Assembly: GCA_030324005.1 (NCBI GenBank)
Contig: JARDVH010000073.1
Location: 43,333,943 to 43,397,942 of the forward strand
DNA: 64,000 nt
Origin: Negaprion brevirostris
Taxonomy: Eukaryota
Direction: 5' to 3'
Shown here: positions 25,421-38,530 of the stretch, piece after piece
Layout: each line of letters begins with the position of its first letter
Position numbering within the stretch: the stretch's first letter is position 1
Position numbers and translations under genes: made by a program
The notes under the pieces: generated by a model
Seen by the model: only the letters and a program-made list of their open reading frames with translations
Databases searched by the model: none
Told to the model about the DNA's origin: nothing

Positions 25421-26388
25421 GGGGGTGATTCTCCCATTCTGACCCACTAATTTTTTGGTGGGTTTGATTGGAAGGTGTGAGCGCGCGCTGAGTTGCGGGA
25501 TTCGCACATGCACTCCTGATGCGAAAATCTGGTGTGGTTGGGACTGTGCAGGAAATTGGTGGGAAGACCAGGTAAGTAATTTTAATCTATTTTTAATGTT
25601 ATTTGCATGTGATTATCGGACCCGGACTAAGCATTTCCCACCCTGCCAGTGCAATTTCATTCCGGCAGGGTTTAGAATAGCTCCCCACTTTCAGGGAACT
25701 AGCGGGAGAACCTGCTGAAGAATCAAGGGGCCAATCAGCGCCCCCCCCCCCCCCACCCCACCCCAGGGGGCAGGGGTGTGGTGTCTCCTGACACTGTCCA
25801 AGAGGAAAAGTGCCCTTGTCCAGGGAGCACCTTGACACTGCCCACCAGGCATGGGCATTGCCAAGGGGCAGGACCTAGGGCTGATCGGTAAGGTTGGGGG
25901 GTCCAACGCCACTCTGTCATTTGGATCCAGTTGGGAACGCAGGGAGGCCAGCTATCAGCGGGGTAGTCTCCGTGGGGAGGCAGCTATGGTGGGCGGGGAA
26001 AGATGGAGATTGGGATGCTCTGGGATGGGGGGTGCGGTGGGGTGGGGGATGGTTGGGGAGGTCAGGCTGGCCTAGGAATGGATGGGGTCCTGTGGGCAAN
26101 NNNNNNNNNNNNNNNNNNNNNNNNNNNNNNNNNNNNNNNNNNNNNNNNNNNNNNNNNNNNNNNNNNNNNNNNNNNNNNNNNNNNNNNNGTGCAGAGTTCC
26201 AGAACTGTCAGACTCCTGAGTGAATAGGTCCTGCCCCGCCAAGCTTTTAATGATATTCACAATTGTGACCTTTGCATTGCACAGAATGTGGAAGATTCGA
26301 GTCCGAACTCCCAGTGAAAAAATAATCGTGATTTACACCCTTTTTTCCTATGAATTCAGCACTTAGAATTTTTAAGGGAGAGTCGCCC
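25421..26388. mobile_element. Non-autonomous TIR element (MITE-like, probably PIF/Harbinger-related)
   Basis: Imperfect terminal inverted repeats gggtgattctccc / gggagagtcgccc enclose a GC-rich non-coding interior. Confidence 0.6.
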
Positions 26389-26649
26389 TGTTATCTCTCA
26401 AAAGGCATACATAGACCTATTCATACAAAACATTGGGCTAGATGTTGTGACTAAATGTGAAGCAACAGCACTCACCACTGATCTTAAGGAAGGCTGCTCA
26501 AAAAGATCTTGTAATCTCTTTGGTACAGACTTCACTTTTCCTTGTATCAGCTTAAACCTGCTGCCAAGCAAATGGGCTTCCCTAGGTGCAGAAGCAGTGA
26601 TGTCAACAAGCTTCATCGGTGACCTTCCCCCTGTCAGAAGGTCAGAAAT

Positions 26650-27620
26650 AGGCTATTCACTGATGATTGTACAATGATCAGTACCATTTGTGATGTCTTA
26701 AATACTGAAGCAGTCCATGTCCACATGCAGCAAGGCAAGGACTTGCTTCAGGTTTGGAGGGATGAATGGTAAGTTAAACAAGTGCAAGACAATGATCATC
26801 CCCAAGTGTCTAACTCCATCTTGACGTTCAATGACATTACAATCACCAAATCCCACACCATCAACATCTGAGCGTTACCATTGATTAGAATGGATCAGCC
26901 ATATAAATACTGTGACTGCAAGAGCAGGTCAGGAGCTGGGTATTTTACAGTGAATAACTCACCTCCTAACTTCCTGAAGCCTGCCCAACATCTACAAGAC
27001 ACAATCAAGTGTGAGGTAGAATACTCTCCACTTCCTTAGTTAAGTGCAGCTCCAACAGCACTCAAGAAGGTCAACACCATCAAGGATAAAGCTGGCCACT
27101 TGATTGGCATCCCGTTCATCACGTTAAACATTCCCCACGCACCCCGGGCATACTGTCTTCCACCTTCTTCCATTAGGAAAAAGATACAAAAGTCTGAGGT
27201 CACGTACTAACCGACTCAAAAACAGCTTCTTCTCTGCTGCCATCAGACTTTTTAAATGGACCTACCTCACACTAAGTTGATCTTTCTCTTTACTCTATAA
27301 CTGTAACACTACATTCTGCACCCTTCTCCTTTCCTTCCCTATGAACGGCATGCGTTGTCTGTATAGCGTGCAAGGAACAATAGTTTTCACTGTATACTAA
27401 TATATGTGACAATAATAAATCAAATCAAATCATTCCCTTCACCACCAGCACATTATGGGAGCAGTGTATGTCACATACATACAGTGATTCAGGGGCTTAT
27501 TTCTGCAGGATCAGCGCAGCTCTTTTGACAGGAGCTTCCAATCCCCCGATCTCTACTACCTAGAAGCTCAAGGAAAACCAACACCTGCAAGATCCCCTCC
27601 AAATCACACATTTCTGGAGA
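26650..27620 (+). mobile_element. CR1/L2-group LINE 3' portion, interrupted by a Rex1 insertion
   Basis: gaagcagtccatgtccacatgcagcaag...ccatataaatactgtgactgcaagagcaggtcaggagctgg...gaatactctccact...acaccatcaaggataaagc: decayed RT C-terminus; the sequence resumes after 27431. Confidence 0.7.
27137..27430 (+). mobile_element. Rex1/Babar LINE 3' end, 5'-truncated and nested
   Basis: ggaaaaagatacaaaagtctgaggtcacgtactaaccgactcaaaaacagcttcttc...aataataaatcaaatcaaat tail, flanked by a cattccc direct repeat (27130-27136 and 27431-27437). Confidence 0.8.
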
Positions 27621-30600
27621 AGTGTGAGGCAATACTTTTGAGGAGGGCAACAAGACAACTTAGTGTCCTCCTATCCACCTTTATTTCCTCTTACCACCTT
27701 GCCAACTTAGTGCCAACTCATGTCAACCTTTGCCCTTACTCTTGCCACATCAAATCATTTAATATTCTTAACATCTTTGACTCCTCCTGGCTAACTTTAA
27801 TAGGTTTGACAGCCAGACCATTCCTCAACAGCTGGATAGCTCTTTGACAGCTGTTTGATGATTATGTGTATAAAGTGTATAAACATATTCACTTTTAACA
27901 ATCCCAAAGGTGTCCTGGGACCCTATCCAAAAGGGCATCTTACTTCTCCACAACCTATCCAAAGACATTCACCAAGTTCAGACCTCCTCTTACTGGTTCT
28001 ATTCTGCACAGTCCAAGATTCTACATTCCTATTCTTCCAAATCCTACTTCAGTAGAGGCAGCTGGTGATTTAAATGGCCTGCTGTTTCCGTGCATCATGT
28101 ACACACAAATGCCAACTGGATTCCACCCATTTAAAGATGGGAAATGCCAGTTTTGGAAGCAGGACTTACAATATTTGGCCATTTCTGCAAATGTTGTCAC
28201 AACGGAGTGCCTCTCCATCACAGCAAAAATCAAGGCCTCAGTGTCAGATTATCAGCTGTTGCACTAAAATAAACAAGTTACCTTGACACAGACTATTCAC
28301 AAAGCTCAAGTTACCCATTTTGGGTCTGTGCAATCCTTAATTAATTTCAAGTTTTTGCACCTCTTTATCAAGTATTCCCTCTGTAAAACATACTTTTGAC
28401 AATTCTCTGAATGATCAAGATATACCAGGAATTTCAGTCAATGAGATTCCCAATTACCAATGAACTCAGACAGTAGAGAATTGATTGTAATATATTTTGG
28501 TTAAAAAAACTTTAAGAAGTATTTTCAATAAAATACCTAAGAACATTACTATCTCCTGTAAACATTATCTCATCAAAATAATGCCACTGGGATCAAACAT
28601 CCCACTGAGCAACCTGGTTTGTGAGAGATTTCCTGCACAAAGCCTGTCCACACTAGGGGAACAATAGCATTTAAATAAACTCATTTAATTTGTTTATTTT
28701 CATGTTCTGATTCATTATGGGTTGAAACAAATTAATTGTTGTTTTATGTGGGGGATTTGATCCATTTCTCTACTTCGATATCATTGGAGAGCTGTAATAA
28801 TACATCCCTTATTTGTGCTGCGATTGGCAGCCTCTTAATGGTGATGCAAATAGACAGGTTTACAAAATAATTCTGATTTGGTAATTAGTCTAGTAATTAA
28901 TTAGATCTAGGAAAATTCCATCCTGCTGCTGGTGTCATGAAGAGTTGCATGTGTGCCAACAGGCACAGTGCGGGGTCGAGTGTATGTATGCAATTGATCT
29001 TGCTGCACTTCCAGTTGGCTGAAGAAGTTATAGTGTTGTTATAAAGGCAAAAGCATCAGTCATTTTTGTCACAAGCATGAGTCAATGATCAGATAATCTG
29101 TTTTTGGTGGTGTTGAGTCAGGAGCAATGCTGGTAACGTACTGTCAGAACTTCCATACCGTCTGAACAGTGACATTTTCATTCTCCTTAGCATGCACATG
29201 ACAAAGCTGTTCAACATTTAAGCACCAATACACCCACTTCTGCCCCCCGCAGAAAAAACAAGTATAATGCAAAATAAATCACCAAGTTTGCAAGGTGGGA
29301 GAAATTAGAAAAAGAGAAATTAGAGAATTAAGAATGTGAAAGAAAAATGGGAGAGCCACATCAGAAACATTCACAATAAAAATGTCTTGTAATTTGCCTC
29401 GCCTTGTGTTGGGTTGTCAAATGTCTGTTGAGTTATCCAAATACGTTTAGGGAAATATGGCCTGTTGCTTGATATTTCCACCACGGTATTGCAAGAAACA
29501 GAAACCACATCTGAAGAGATCCATGTTGATTATGTGCACTCTTACCACATAAAAAAAGCGTGTGTTGGTTTATACTATGCTCCTGAGGCCCGTTTGTCCT
29601 GTCATTAAAATCAAATTGAAAACAGATTTTCTTTTTGTAACGTACAACACTATGTTGCTTGAAGTAAGTTCAAAATATCACTGGATGGCAACAGTTGCAA
29701 TATAAATTAAAATCTGCTAAATTTAATAAACTCACAGTTGTCAGTTGCTCATCTCTGGTTTCTGTCAAGGTTTTTCGTTTGTTTTCATTTCTCATCAAGA
29801 TGAAGGACATTATTATTGGGAATTGAATCATAGTTGGGATACTTTTTCACTTTTGTTGCACTGTTCAATTACCCCAACAAAGCAAAGCCCCGGTACTCTG
29901 TGTAGTCATGTGCTATTAACCACTGGTGCAGGAACATGTATGCGATCCATACAAGTCTACTTTTGCAGGAATGCCCTGATGAGGCAGTTCCCCACTTGCA
30001 GTCCTGCTGGACTCTTCATAAACATGAGCCCAAAGTTTCAGTCAGTGGCGATCTCTCTGGCATAAAATCTTATCGCAATCATCATGCAGTGGTACAGCAA
30101 CTGATTGCAGTGTTCATTACTGAGCATTCACAACATGGAGCAGCCACAATGTCATCAGGCTGTCTAAGCAGCCAAGCACATTAATCAACACACATACACA
30201 CACAGACACAGACTGGGGATATTGCAGGCGCAGCCATTGGAGGTCTGAGTGATAGAAAACAACTTCAGGTACTCTCTGCTAATTGGCGCACACCTGATAT
30301 CTTGAAGTTGCAATCAGTTCTAGAGGTAATAATAAACAGCAAAAGCTGACAGTTTGTCATCAACAACTCGCCTACACCCAGTATTTCAAATGGTTGGAAA
30401 ATCCACATGTGTTGCAGTGCTGCTCAAGCTCTGAAACCTAGAGCTCAAGCTGCTGCAAATGTCAACACTTTCTGCATATATTGTTATCCAGGATACAGGA
30501 AGCATCCTGGAGTTCCCACATAACAGGATGTACATTCAAGAAATTGGAGCTGCCTTGCCATTTCTTTATCTATTTGATATTAAACCTTGTTCCTACTAAT

Positions 30601-30649
30601 AAACGTTATTACTATTAATAAAGATGAATACTTAAAAAAACACTCCTTA

Positions 30650-30890
30650 CATGCCCCCAATTCTGGCCTTTTTTGCTTCCTTGATTTTAATCACTCAGTA
30701 TTGGCGGCCATTAGAGCATAGGCTCTAAACTCTGGAATTCCTTTCCTAAACTTCTTATTTCATTTCCTCTCTCTACGCCTTTCAGATGCTACTTAAAACC
30801 TGCCTCTTTTTTTTTGTTTAGAACGCTCCAATGAAGCACCTTGGGACGTTTTATTATGTCAATGACACTATATAAATATAAGTTGTTGTA
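30650..30890 (+). mobile_element. L2-type 3' end
   Basis: aaactctggaattcctttcctaaa...aagcaccttgggacgttttattatgtcaatgacactatataaatataagttgttg. Confidence 0.65.
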
Positions 30891-31539
30891 AGTTTGTTGT
30901 TAAGTATAGGTCCTNNNNNNNNNNNNNATGTATTATAAACAGGGGTTATCATTGTGATGTTCACGTGAGGATATTTATAAATAATGATAATCTCTTGAGA
31001 TTCTTCCCAGCAAAAATGGAATTATGAGCAGGAAGCAAAAGCCCAACACAGAATTGATTTGTTGGCATGATCAGTGAGGGGAGTTCCCAGAATTTTAACT
31101 CCCAGAAACCGTGGTTGGGAGCAACATTAAAGTTTTAAAAATCTCAATGTGAATTTCCCAGTTTAAATGCAGCAGGGTAAAGGCTGGAAGGCAGTCTGCT
31201 CCACAAGACCTATTGGTACAATAGTTTAATGAGGCTGGCAGCTAGTGACATAACCTGCTTCACAAATTTTACTCTAGCTATCTGGGATTTCCTTGCCTTG
31301 GGAAACCTGAGAACAGAGAACAGGAACGAGCAATTTCGGGAAGAAGCTAAGAGCCTTTATTTACAACACCAATTGTGGGTCAGGAAAAGTAGAAGTGCTT
31401 CCTCTTAGCAGCCCCAATAACCCATCCTCTCCCCAGTATGAGGATCTGATCTGCCTGGTCCTGCGACCAGGTGCACACACCTGCCCGACTGGAACCCAAG
31501 TCTGTTAGTTGAGTTGACATTGGAACATATCCAACATGA

Positions 31540-32155
31540 AGCATTCATGTCGAGAGGGCTAGAGTACAAGAGCAGGGAAGTATTNNNNNNNNNNNNNNNN
31601 NNNNNNNNNNNNNNNNNNNNNNNNNNNNNNNNNNNNNNNNNNNNNNNNNNNNNNNNNNNNNNNNNNNNNNNNNNNNNNNNNNNNNNNNNNNNNNNNNNNN
31701 NNNNNNNNNNNNNNNNNNNNNNNNNNNNNNNNNNNNNNNNNNNNNNNNNNNNNNNNNNNNNNTTTAGAAGGGTGTAAGGGGGTCTTGAAACTTACAGGAT
31801 ACTGCGAGGCCTGGATAGAATGGACATGGAGATGATGTTTCCACTGGTAAGGAAAAACTAGAACCAGAGGGCACAACCTCAGGCTAAAGGGATGCTCCTT
31901 TAAAACTGAGATAAGGAGGAATTTCTTCAGCCAGAGAGTGGTAAATCTATGGAACTCTTTGCCACAGAACGCTGTGGAGGCCAGGTCATTGAGTGTCTTT
32001 AAGATAGAGATAGATTGATTCTTGATTAATAAGAGGATCAGGGGTTATGAGGAAAAGGCAGGAGAATGAGCATGAGAAAAATATCAGCCATGATTGAATG
32101 ACAGAGCAGACTCGATGTGCCAAGTGGCCTAATTCTGCTCCTATGTCTTATGGTT
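31540..32155 (+). mobile_element. CR1 LINE 3' portion, partly in a gap
   Basis: AFMSRGLEYKSREV; gagataaggaggaatttcttcagccagagagtggtaaatctatggaactc; terminal gattgaatgacagagcagactcgatg...cctaattctgctcctatgtcttatgg. Confidence 0.85.
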
Positions 32156-33654
32156 TAAGAATGCTTGCTGAGGAGATAAGACTCCAGTGATTTTGGCGAA
32201 ATGCAGACACCTGGACTTTCCATCTTGAAACCCGGCCTCGACGTTCCTATATACACAACATACCCTTGTCAATATTAGAGCTATTGGGCCGGAGTTTGTG
32301 AAGGAAATGGGTACCAAATTTTGAAAAGTTCCTGACTCTGCAAACTTATCTCCATTAAGGCAGTCTCCAGGATGGAGTTCAGCCCAATGCCTTCCATGAG
32401 GCAGCATGGAAAGTGGATGGATGGCAATGCTGGAAGGGCCTGTCTCCGTATAATGTGAGTTCAGCCAGACATTCATAATGATGCCACCTGTTCAGCTTAG
32501 GGACATTTGTTGAATAAATTTCCAGATGGCTTCATTTTGAAAGCTTGACTGAGCTCCAAGAATGGCTAATACACTCAAAAATCAGCAAACAATGGTTGTA
32601 AGGTGCAGGGTAGAGCGGAAGCTTTATTTAACTGACATCTTTATGACCATATAATAACCTGCTGGTCCTTTGAAGAATTGTTTCAATGACTATGTACTTA
32701 TTTACATAAAGTTAAGATGCTGAAGTGGATAAAGGCTTCTGGCATTGATGCTGTGAATGGCTGTGATTGCCAGCTTAATGAAAATGTAACAGGGCAAATT
32801 CTAAATGACTGTTTTATTGTTGGTTGATGACTCAGGACTAGGGATCTCCCACAGTTCATGACTTGTCAGAGAGGCTGTGAACCATGTTNNNNNNNNNNNN
32901 NNNNNNNNNNNNNNNNNNNNNNNNNNNNNNNNNNNNNNNNNNNNNNNNNNNNNNNNNNNNNNNNNNNNNNNNNNNNNNNNNNNNNNNNNNNNNNNNNNNN
33001 NNNNNNNNNNNNNNNNNNNNNNNNNNNNNNNNNNNNNNNNNNNNNNNNNNNNNNNNNNNNNNNNNNNNNNNNNNNNNNNNNNNNNNNNNNNNNNNNNNNN
33101 NNNNNNNNNNNNNNNNNNNNNNNNNNNNNNNNNNNNNNNNNNNNNNNNNNNNNNNNNNNNNNNNNNNNNNNNNNNNNNNNNNNNNNNNNNNNNNNNNNNN
33201 NNNNNNNNNNNNNNNNNNNNNNNNNNNNNNNNNNNNNNTCTTGGTCCTAACAATGATTACACTTCAAAAATATTTCATTGCCTGTAAAGCACTACATAAA
33301 TGCTTTCTCTTTCTCCCGTAACTACATTGTACCTAATTCACATGATGCAATATGTTGTCAAACAAACTGATTTTATTAAAAAAAGCTTTCTCCCTTGATG
33401 GTCAGTGGAATTATCACTAATAAATGCTGCATACACCAAATTAATATAACTCCCATACAAATTAATGGATTTACTCACTTCACTGCGAAACTAACAAGAT
33501 AATTAAAAATGGTCCATTGTGTGAAGTGGGGTTAGTATCATTAATTTTTAAATTTTAAAATGCAATTATAATAGCAAAGAGGAATTGGACACTGCTGAAG
33601 CACTGTGAAAACCAAAGCACGCAATACTGATTTATTATTCCACGGTTTTATAGA

Positions 33655-33815
33655 ATCAAATAGAGTTATAGAATCTTCCAGCACAGAAGGAGACCATTTG
33701 GACATTGTACCCGTGCTGGTTCTTTAAAAAAGGCTATTCAGTAGTTCCACTCCCCTGCTCTATCTCCATTGCCTTGATATATCTCCCCTTCAAGTATTTG
33801 TGAAATTCCATTTTT
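33655..33815 (-). mobile_element. CR1 LINE 3' end
   Basis: tagaatcttccagcacagaaggagaccatttgg...cccctgctctatctcc is a reverse CR1 terminus. Confidence 0.6.
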
Positions 33816-35299
33816 AAAGGTTTGACTGTATTTGTTTCCTTTCAAACAGCACACTTTGACTAAAAACTGCTGAAAACAAAATTCCTTTTCTTATCTGATT
33901 CTGGCTAATTATAACATCAAATAACTGTATCTATAAGCAGATATGATCTCCTGAAATTACAGGAGTAGTTTTGTAGCTCACATATTTTTATACTCACTTA
34001 CAGTGACAAACTGAGATCAGATCTGTTCCAGAACTCAAGGCCTTATTTGCCTCAGAGACTGCAAGAACTAGTTGTGGTTTAAGTTGGTGCCAGGATAAAC
34101 CAGACCCACCTCAGGCCATGTGCCCATTTCGATCTATGCACCAACATAAACAGCCACCAAACCACAGGGCCTAAATTCATCCCCACCCTTCCCAGGCAAT
34201 GGCATTTCTCTCAGTTCTTCCTGCGCATTGCATCCCTNNNNNNNNNNNNNNNNNNNNNNNNNNNNNNNNNNNNNNNNNNNNNNNNGTCAAGAAAAGATGA
34301 TGCATTTGCACAGATTAAATTTAGAAGAAAAAATACAAGCAAATGGATAATACAACCTGACTAACCCTCCCATGTTTATTTGATCACTGAGTCAGATGAT
34401 GGCATGGTTCTCAGCATAAGCACCATGTCGCTTCAATTTTCCACCCGGTCTGGATTTGCTGGGCAGAATTCTAGTTTGAACAAACTTGCTGAACTTCCCT
34501 TAACAGAATCATCAAAATAGTTAACCAGTAATATTTTGAACCAAAAAGTGGTAGCTATGCTGCCCAATGTTCAGTCCTGGCATCATTTTTAATAACACTG
34601 CAACTGAGATCAAAGATTGCTGTGTGCATATGGTTAAGATTTTTTACAACTGTGTGTGATATGTAGCAATATCCTATTCCACTGTCTGATGCTAACATAT
34701 AATTTCCACTGTCCCTTCATCCAAATTGTCAGCAGTCTGTTGAAAAAGAAGTTTATTTTAGGTTTTAAAAAGGCTAAATAAAATTAAATCTGGGTTGCGT
34801 GCTAAGCTGTAATGGTGTAACAAAGCTATGCTTAACACTTTAAAAGACTGTGGTTCAAAGGACATCCCTAACACACTGAAGTTGTATTCATTCTCAACAT
34901 CCTCTAATCAATCATAGCTACAGTAAAATTATTACATGTCAATGAGGTAAGGGCACATTATTTGACAAATGAGGAAGTTCTTGAAACCACTGAAATGACT
35001 TGGGGCTGAGTCAAATGAAAGAAGCCTTTTATTAACAATATGTTTGAGTTTAAATCTGTTGTGCTGAAGTCATACGGGGCCATGGTCAAGAGCAGTCACT
35101 GGTCACACCTGGAGTTGTGTGAATTGCTCTGATTGCTAAGACATGAAGGGGCCCTCCAGGCCCCAGGGTTGATACAGAGGGAAGCTAAAAGATTGATCCT
35201 CAATGTTAGAGAAACGGCCAGATAAACTGGAACTGGTCAATAACTTGCATTAACGTAGCACCCCTCACATGCAAGCGATGTTTCAAGGTGCCTTTCAGA

Positions 35300-35840
35300 T
35301 CAGATATTAAAACGTTTGCCCTTTCAGGTGGGAGTAAAAATGTCTCAACATGAGGAGGGGAGTCCTATCCAGTGTCTTGGATGATGCTTATTCCTCAAAC
35401 AACTTCAGAAAAATAGATTATCTGATCAGTAACATATGATGATATGTGGACCTTTGCTGTGTTTCTTACATTAAGGACAGATGTTTACACTTCCCTCATG
35501 GCAGATTTTGAAGTGGGGGGAGCAGAGAGTTGAATGGATGGGATTTCTGCTGGGAAAACACCCATTCACCTCTTAAGGTCCTTAATCGGCCAGCTTTCAT
35601 GGGTGGGACTACATTCCAAGAAGGGACAGAAANNNNNNNNNNTTGCCAATCAACACTCAAGTGAGTATGAAATGAGAGTGGGAGTTAGAGATCAGTGGCT
35701 GTGAGTTAGGTGCTGACTCTTGGGGTGATGAGGGCCGATCACTCGCCATCCTTAAAATTCTACCCTAAGTGACCTGTGATTTCATGAAGTTCTTCATTGG
35801 CTGCAAAACACTATCTACGTAAATGCATGATATTTTTCTT
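35300..35840 (+). mobile_element. DeuSINE fragment interrupted by a MITE-like insert (about 35498-35765)
   Basis: ccctttcaggtgggagtaaaa...tattcctcaaacaacttc..agattatctgatcag...ttcattggctgcaaaacact; the insert is bounded by ggcagatttt / aaaattctaccc. Confidence 0.5.
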
Positions 35841-36314
35841 TAGGATGTTTTTTAATGATAAAAAGCAGTTGGTGGATACTAAGTTTTGGGCAAGGGATAC
35901 AGTTGAGTAGCTAGGATAGGGAAGATAAAAACAAGTTTGACAAGCAGATTCTTGAGAACTGGGTGGAAGGTGGCAAGTTTGAGGGAACAGGTCAGAGAAT
36001 AATGGAGTGTAGGAGTGTGTTGGCTAAACAACTGATTGCAGAATAGCCGAGGAGACAGGGAGAAGTTTCATTAGAAGATGCATGTCCACATATTAACACA
36101 ATGGAAGAATATGGGAAAAGGACAGGAATTTTGAAATTTTCATGCTCAAGTATGTGGAGTCTGCAGAGGATAGAGGTAGTAGGAGCATAAGATTTAGTAC
36201 AGGACAGGATACAGGCTGCAGTGTTTTAGATCAATTAATGCTTATGTAGAATTGAAACCAGCTATTAAATAACTGAGAATGGGGGTGGGTGGGGGGAGGA
36301 ATGGATCACAGCTT

Positions 36315-36757
36315 AGTTTGGCTCCTGCCCTAACCAAGACAAGAAGAAATTACAAAGGGTTATGAATGTAGCCCAGTCCATCACACAAACCAGGCTCCCA
36401 ACCATTGACTCCATCCACACTTCCTGCTGCCTCGGGAAAGCAGCCAAAATAATCAAGGGCCCACGCACCCCAGGCATACTCTCTTCCATGTTCTTCTATC
36501 AGGAAAGAGAGACAAAAGCCTGAGGACACGTACCAATCCACTCAAGAACAACCTCTTCCCTATTGTCATGGACCTATCATATATTAAGCTGATATTTTTC
36601 TTCACCCTATCTGTAACTGTAACACCATATTCTGCAACCTATCCTTTCATTCTCCCTTATGTACTTAATGAATGGTATGTTTTGTCTCTATAATGCACAA
36701 GAAACAATGCTTTTCACTTATCCCAATACATGTGCCAATAATAAATCAAATCAAATC
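36315..36757 (+). mobile_element. Rex1/Babar LINE 3' end
   Basis: Same sequence family and aataataaatcaaatcaaat tail as 27137-27430. Confidence 0.8.
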
Positions 36758-37211
36758 TTCCTCTGTTAGTTACCCTTTTGTCAACTGAAAAGCAGGCCTT
36801 GATGAAGTGACTATCCATTCTCTCTTCACTCCACTTCCTGTCATATATTATTACTGGCTTTCAGAGAATGTGACACAGTCAGGAGCATTTGAGTTTTGCG
36901 GCAAGCAGCCAAAACCTCATTCAGCTAAGCTACAAATCATTAAGCCTAACAAATGAAGTGGTCTTCAATTTTAGGAGCCATGACTGGAAACAAAAAGAGA
37001 AAATCTCACAGGTAAAATGTACAGCTCACTGTGTGAGCACATGATTGATTTGACTCGATGCAAGTAAAACAATCTACTGGCTTGAAGACCGCATTTAAGC
37101 TCAGTGAAATATTTCATCCTAATGTTCATAAAGGGAAGTGTATTCACATTGAATTGGACTAGTGGACAGAATTGTTACACTGTGGATGGCAGGGACTAGA
37201 AAGCATGTTTT

Positions 37212-38530
37212 TTTATTTGATTTATTATTATCATATGTATTAGTATACAATGAAAAGTATTGTTACTTGCAATCTATACAGACAAAGCATACCTTACATA
37301 GGGAAGGAAAGACTGCACAATGTAGTGTTACAGTCATAGCTGGGGCATAGAGAAAGATCAACGTAATGTGAGGTAGGTCCACTCAAAAGTCTGATGGCAG
37401 CAAGGAAGTTGTTTTTGTGTCGATTGGTGCATGATCTCAGACTTCTGTATCTTTCACCCGATGGAAGGTGATGGAGGATAGTATGTTCCGGGTATGTGGG
37501 GTCCTTGATTATGCGGCTACTTTCCCGGGGCAGCGGGAAGTATAGATAGTGTCAATGGGTGGGAGGTTGGTTTGAGTGAGCTTCTTTCATGACTCTTTGT
37601 AGCTTCTTGCGGCCTTGGACAGAGCAGGAGCTATACCAAGCTGTGGTACAATCAGAAAGAATGCTTTCTATGGTGCATTTGTAGAAGTTGGTGACAGTCG
37701 TAGCTGATGTGCCAAATTTCCTTAGTTTCCTGAGAAAGTAGAGGCATTGATGGGCTTTCTTAACTATTGTGTCAGCATGGGGGGCCAGGACAGGTTGTTG
37801 CTGATCTGGATGCCTAAAAACTTGAAGCTCTTGACCATTTCTACTTCATGCCCATTGATGCAGATTGGGTATGGCCTCCACTACGCTTCCTGAAGTTGAT
37901 GACAATCTCCTTCGTTTTGTTAGTATTGAGGGAGAGATTATTATTGTTGTACAGTTCACCTGATTCTCTGTGTCATTCCTGTACTGTGTCTCGTCATTGT
38001 TTGAGGTCCAACCCACAATGGTGGTGTCAACAACAAACTTGAAAATCGAGTTGGAATGGAATTTGGCTGTACAGTCAAGGGTGCTTAAGGAGTGTAGTAA
38101 GGGGCTGAGGACACAGTCTTGTGGAGCACGATCGTGGAGGAGGTGTTGTTGCCAATCCTTACTGACTGTGGTCTGAATTAAGAAGTCTAGGATCCAGCTG
38201 CAGAGGGAGGAGGTGAGCCACGGGCCACGAAGTTTGGAGATGAGTCTTAGAGTAATAATGGTGTAAAAGGCTGAGCGAGGCCAGGGAGATGGCATTTNNN
38301 NNNNNNNNNNNNNNNNNNNNNNNNNNNNNNNNNNNNNNNNNNNNNNNNNNNNNNNNNNNNNNNNNNNNNNNNNNNNNNNNNNNNNNNNNNNNNNNNNGAT
38401 GAAGGCACACTGCCGGGCTGTTCTTTGGTACAGGATGATGGTCATCTTCTTGAAGCAGGTAGGCATCTCAGATTGTTGTAAAGTGAGGTTGAAGATGTAT
38501 GTGAATAGCCCCACCAGCTGGTCCGCGCAG
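37212..38530 (-). mobile_element. Rex1/Babar LINE, RT domain to 3' tail, decayed
   Basis: RSCADQLVGLFTYIFNLTLQQSEMPTCFKKMTII; APQDCVLSPLLHSL..DCTAKFHSNSIFKFVVDTTIVG (decayed FADD); reverse tail atttgatttattatt. Confidence 0.85.

Noticed and set aside
25740-26060. G/C-run clusters with G-quadruplex potential
   Set aside because: They lie inside a MITE-like repeat interior, with no evidence of a locus-specific role.
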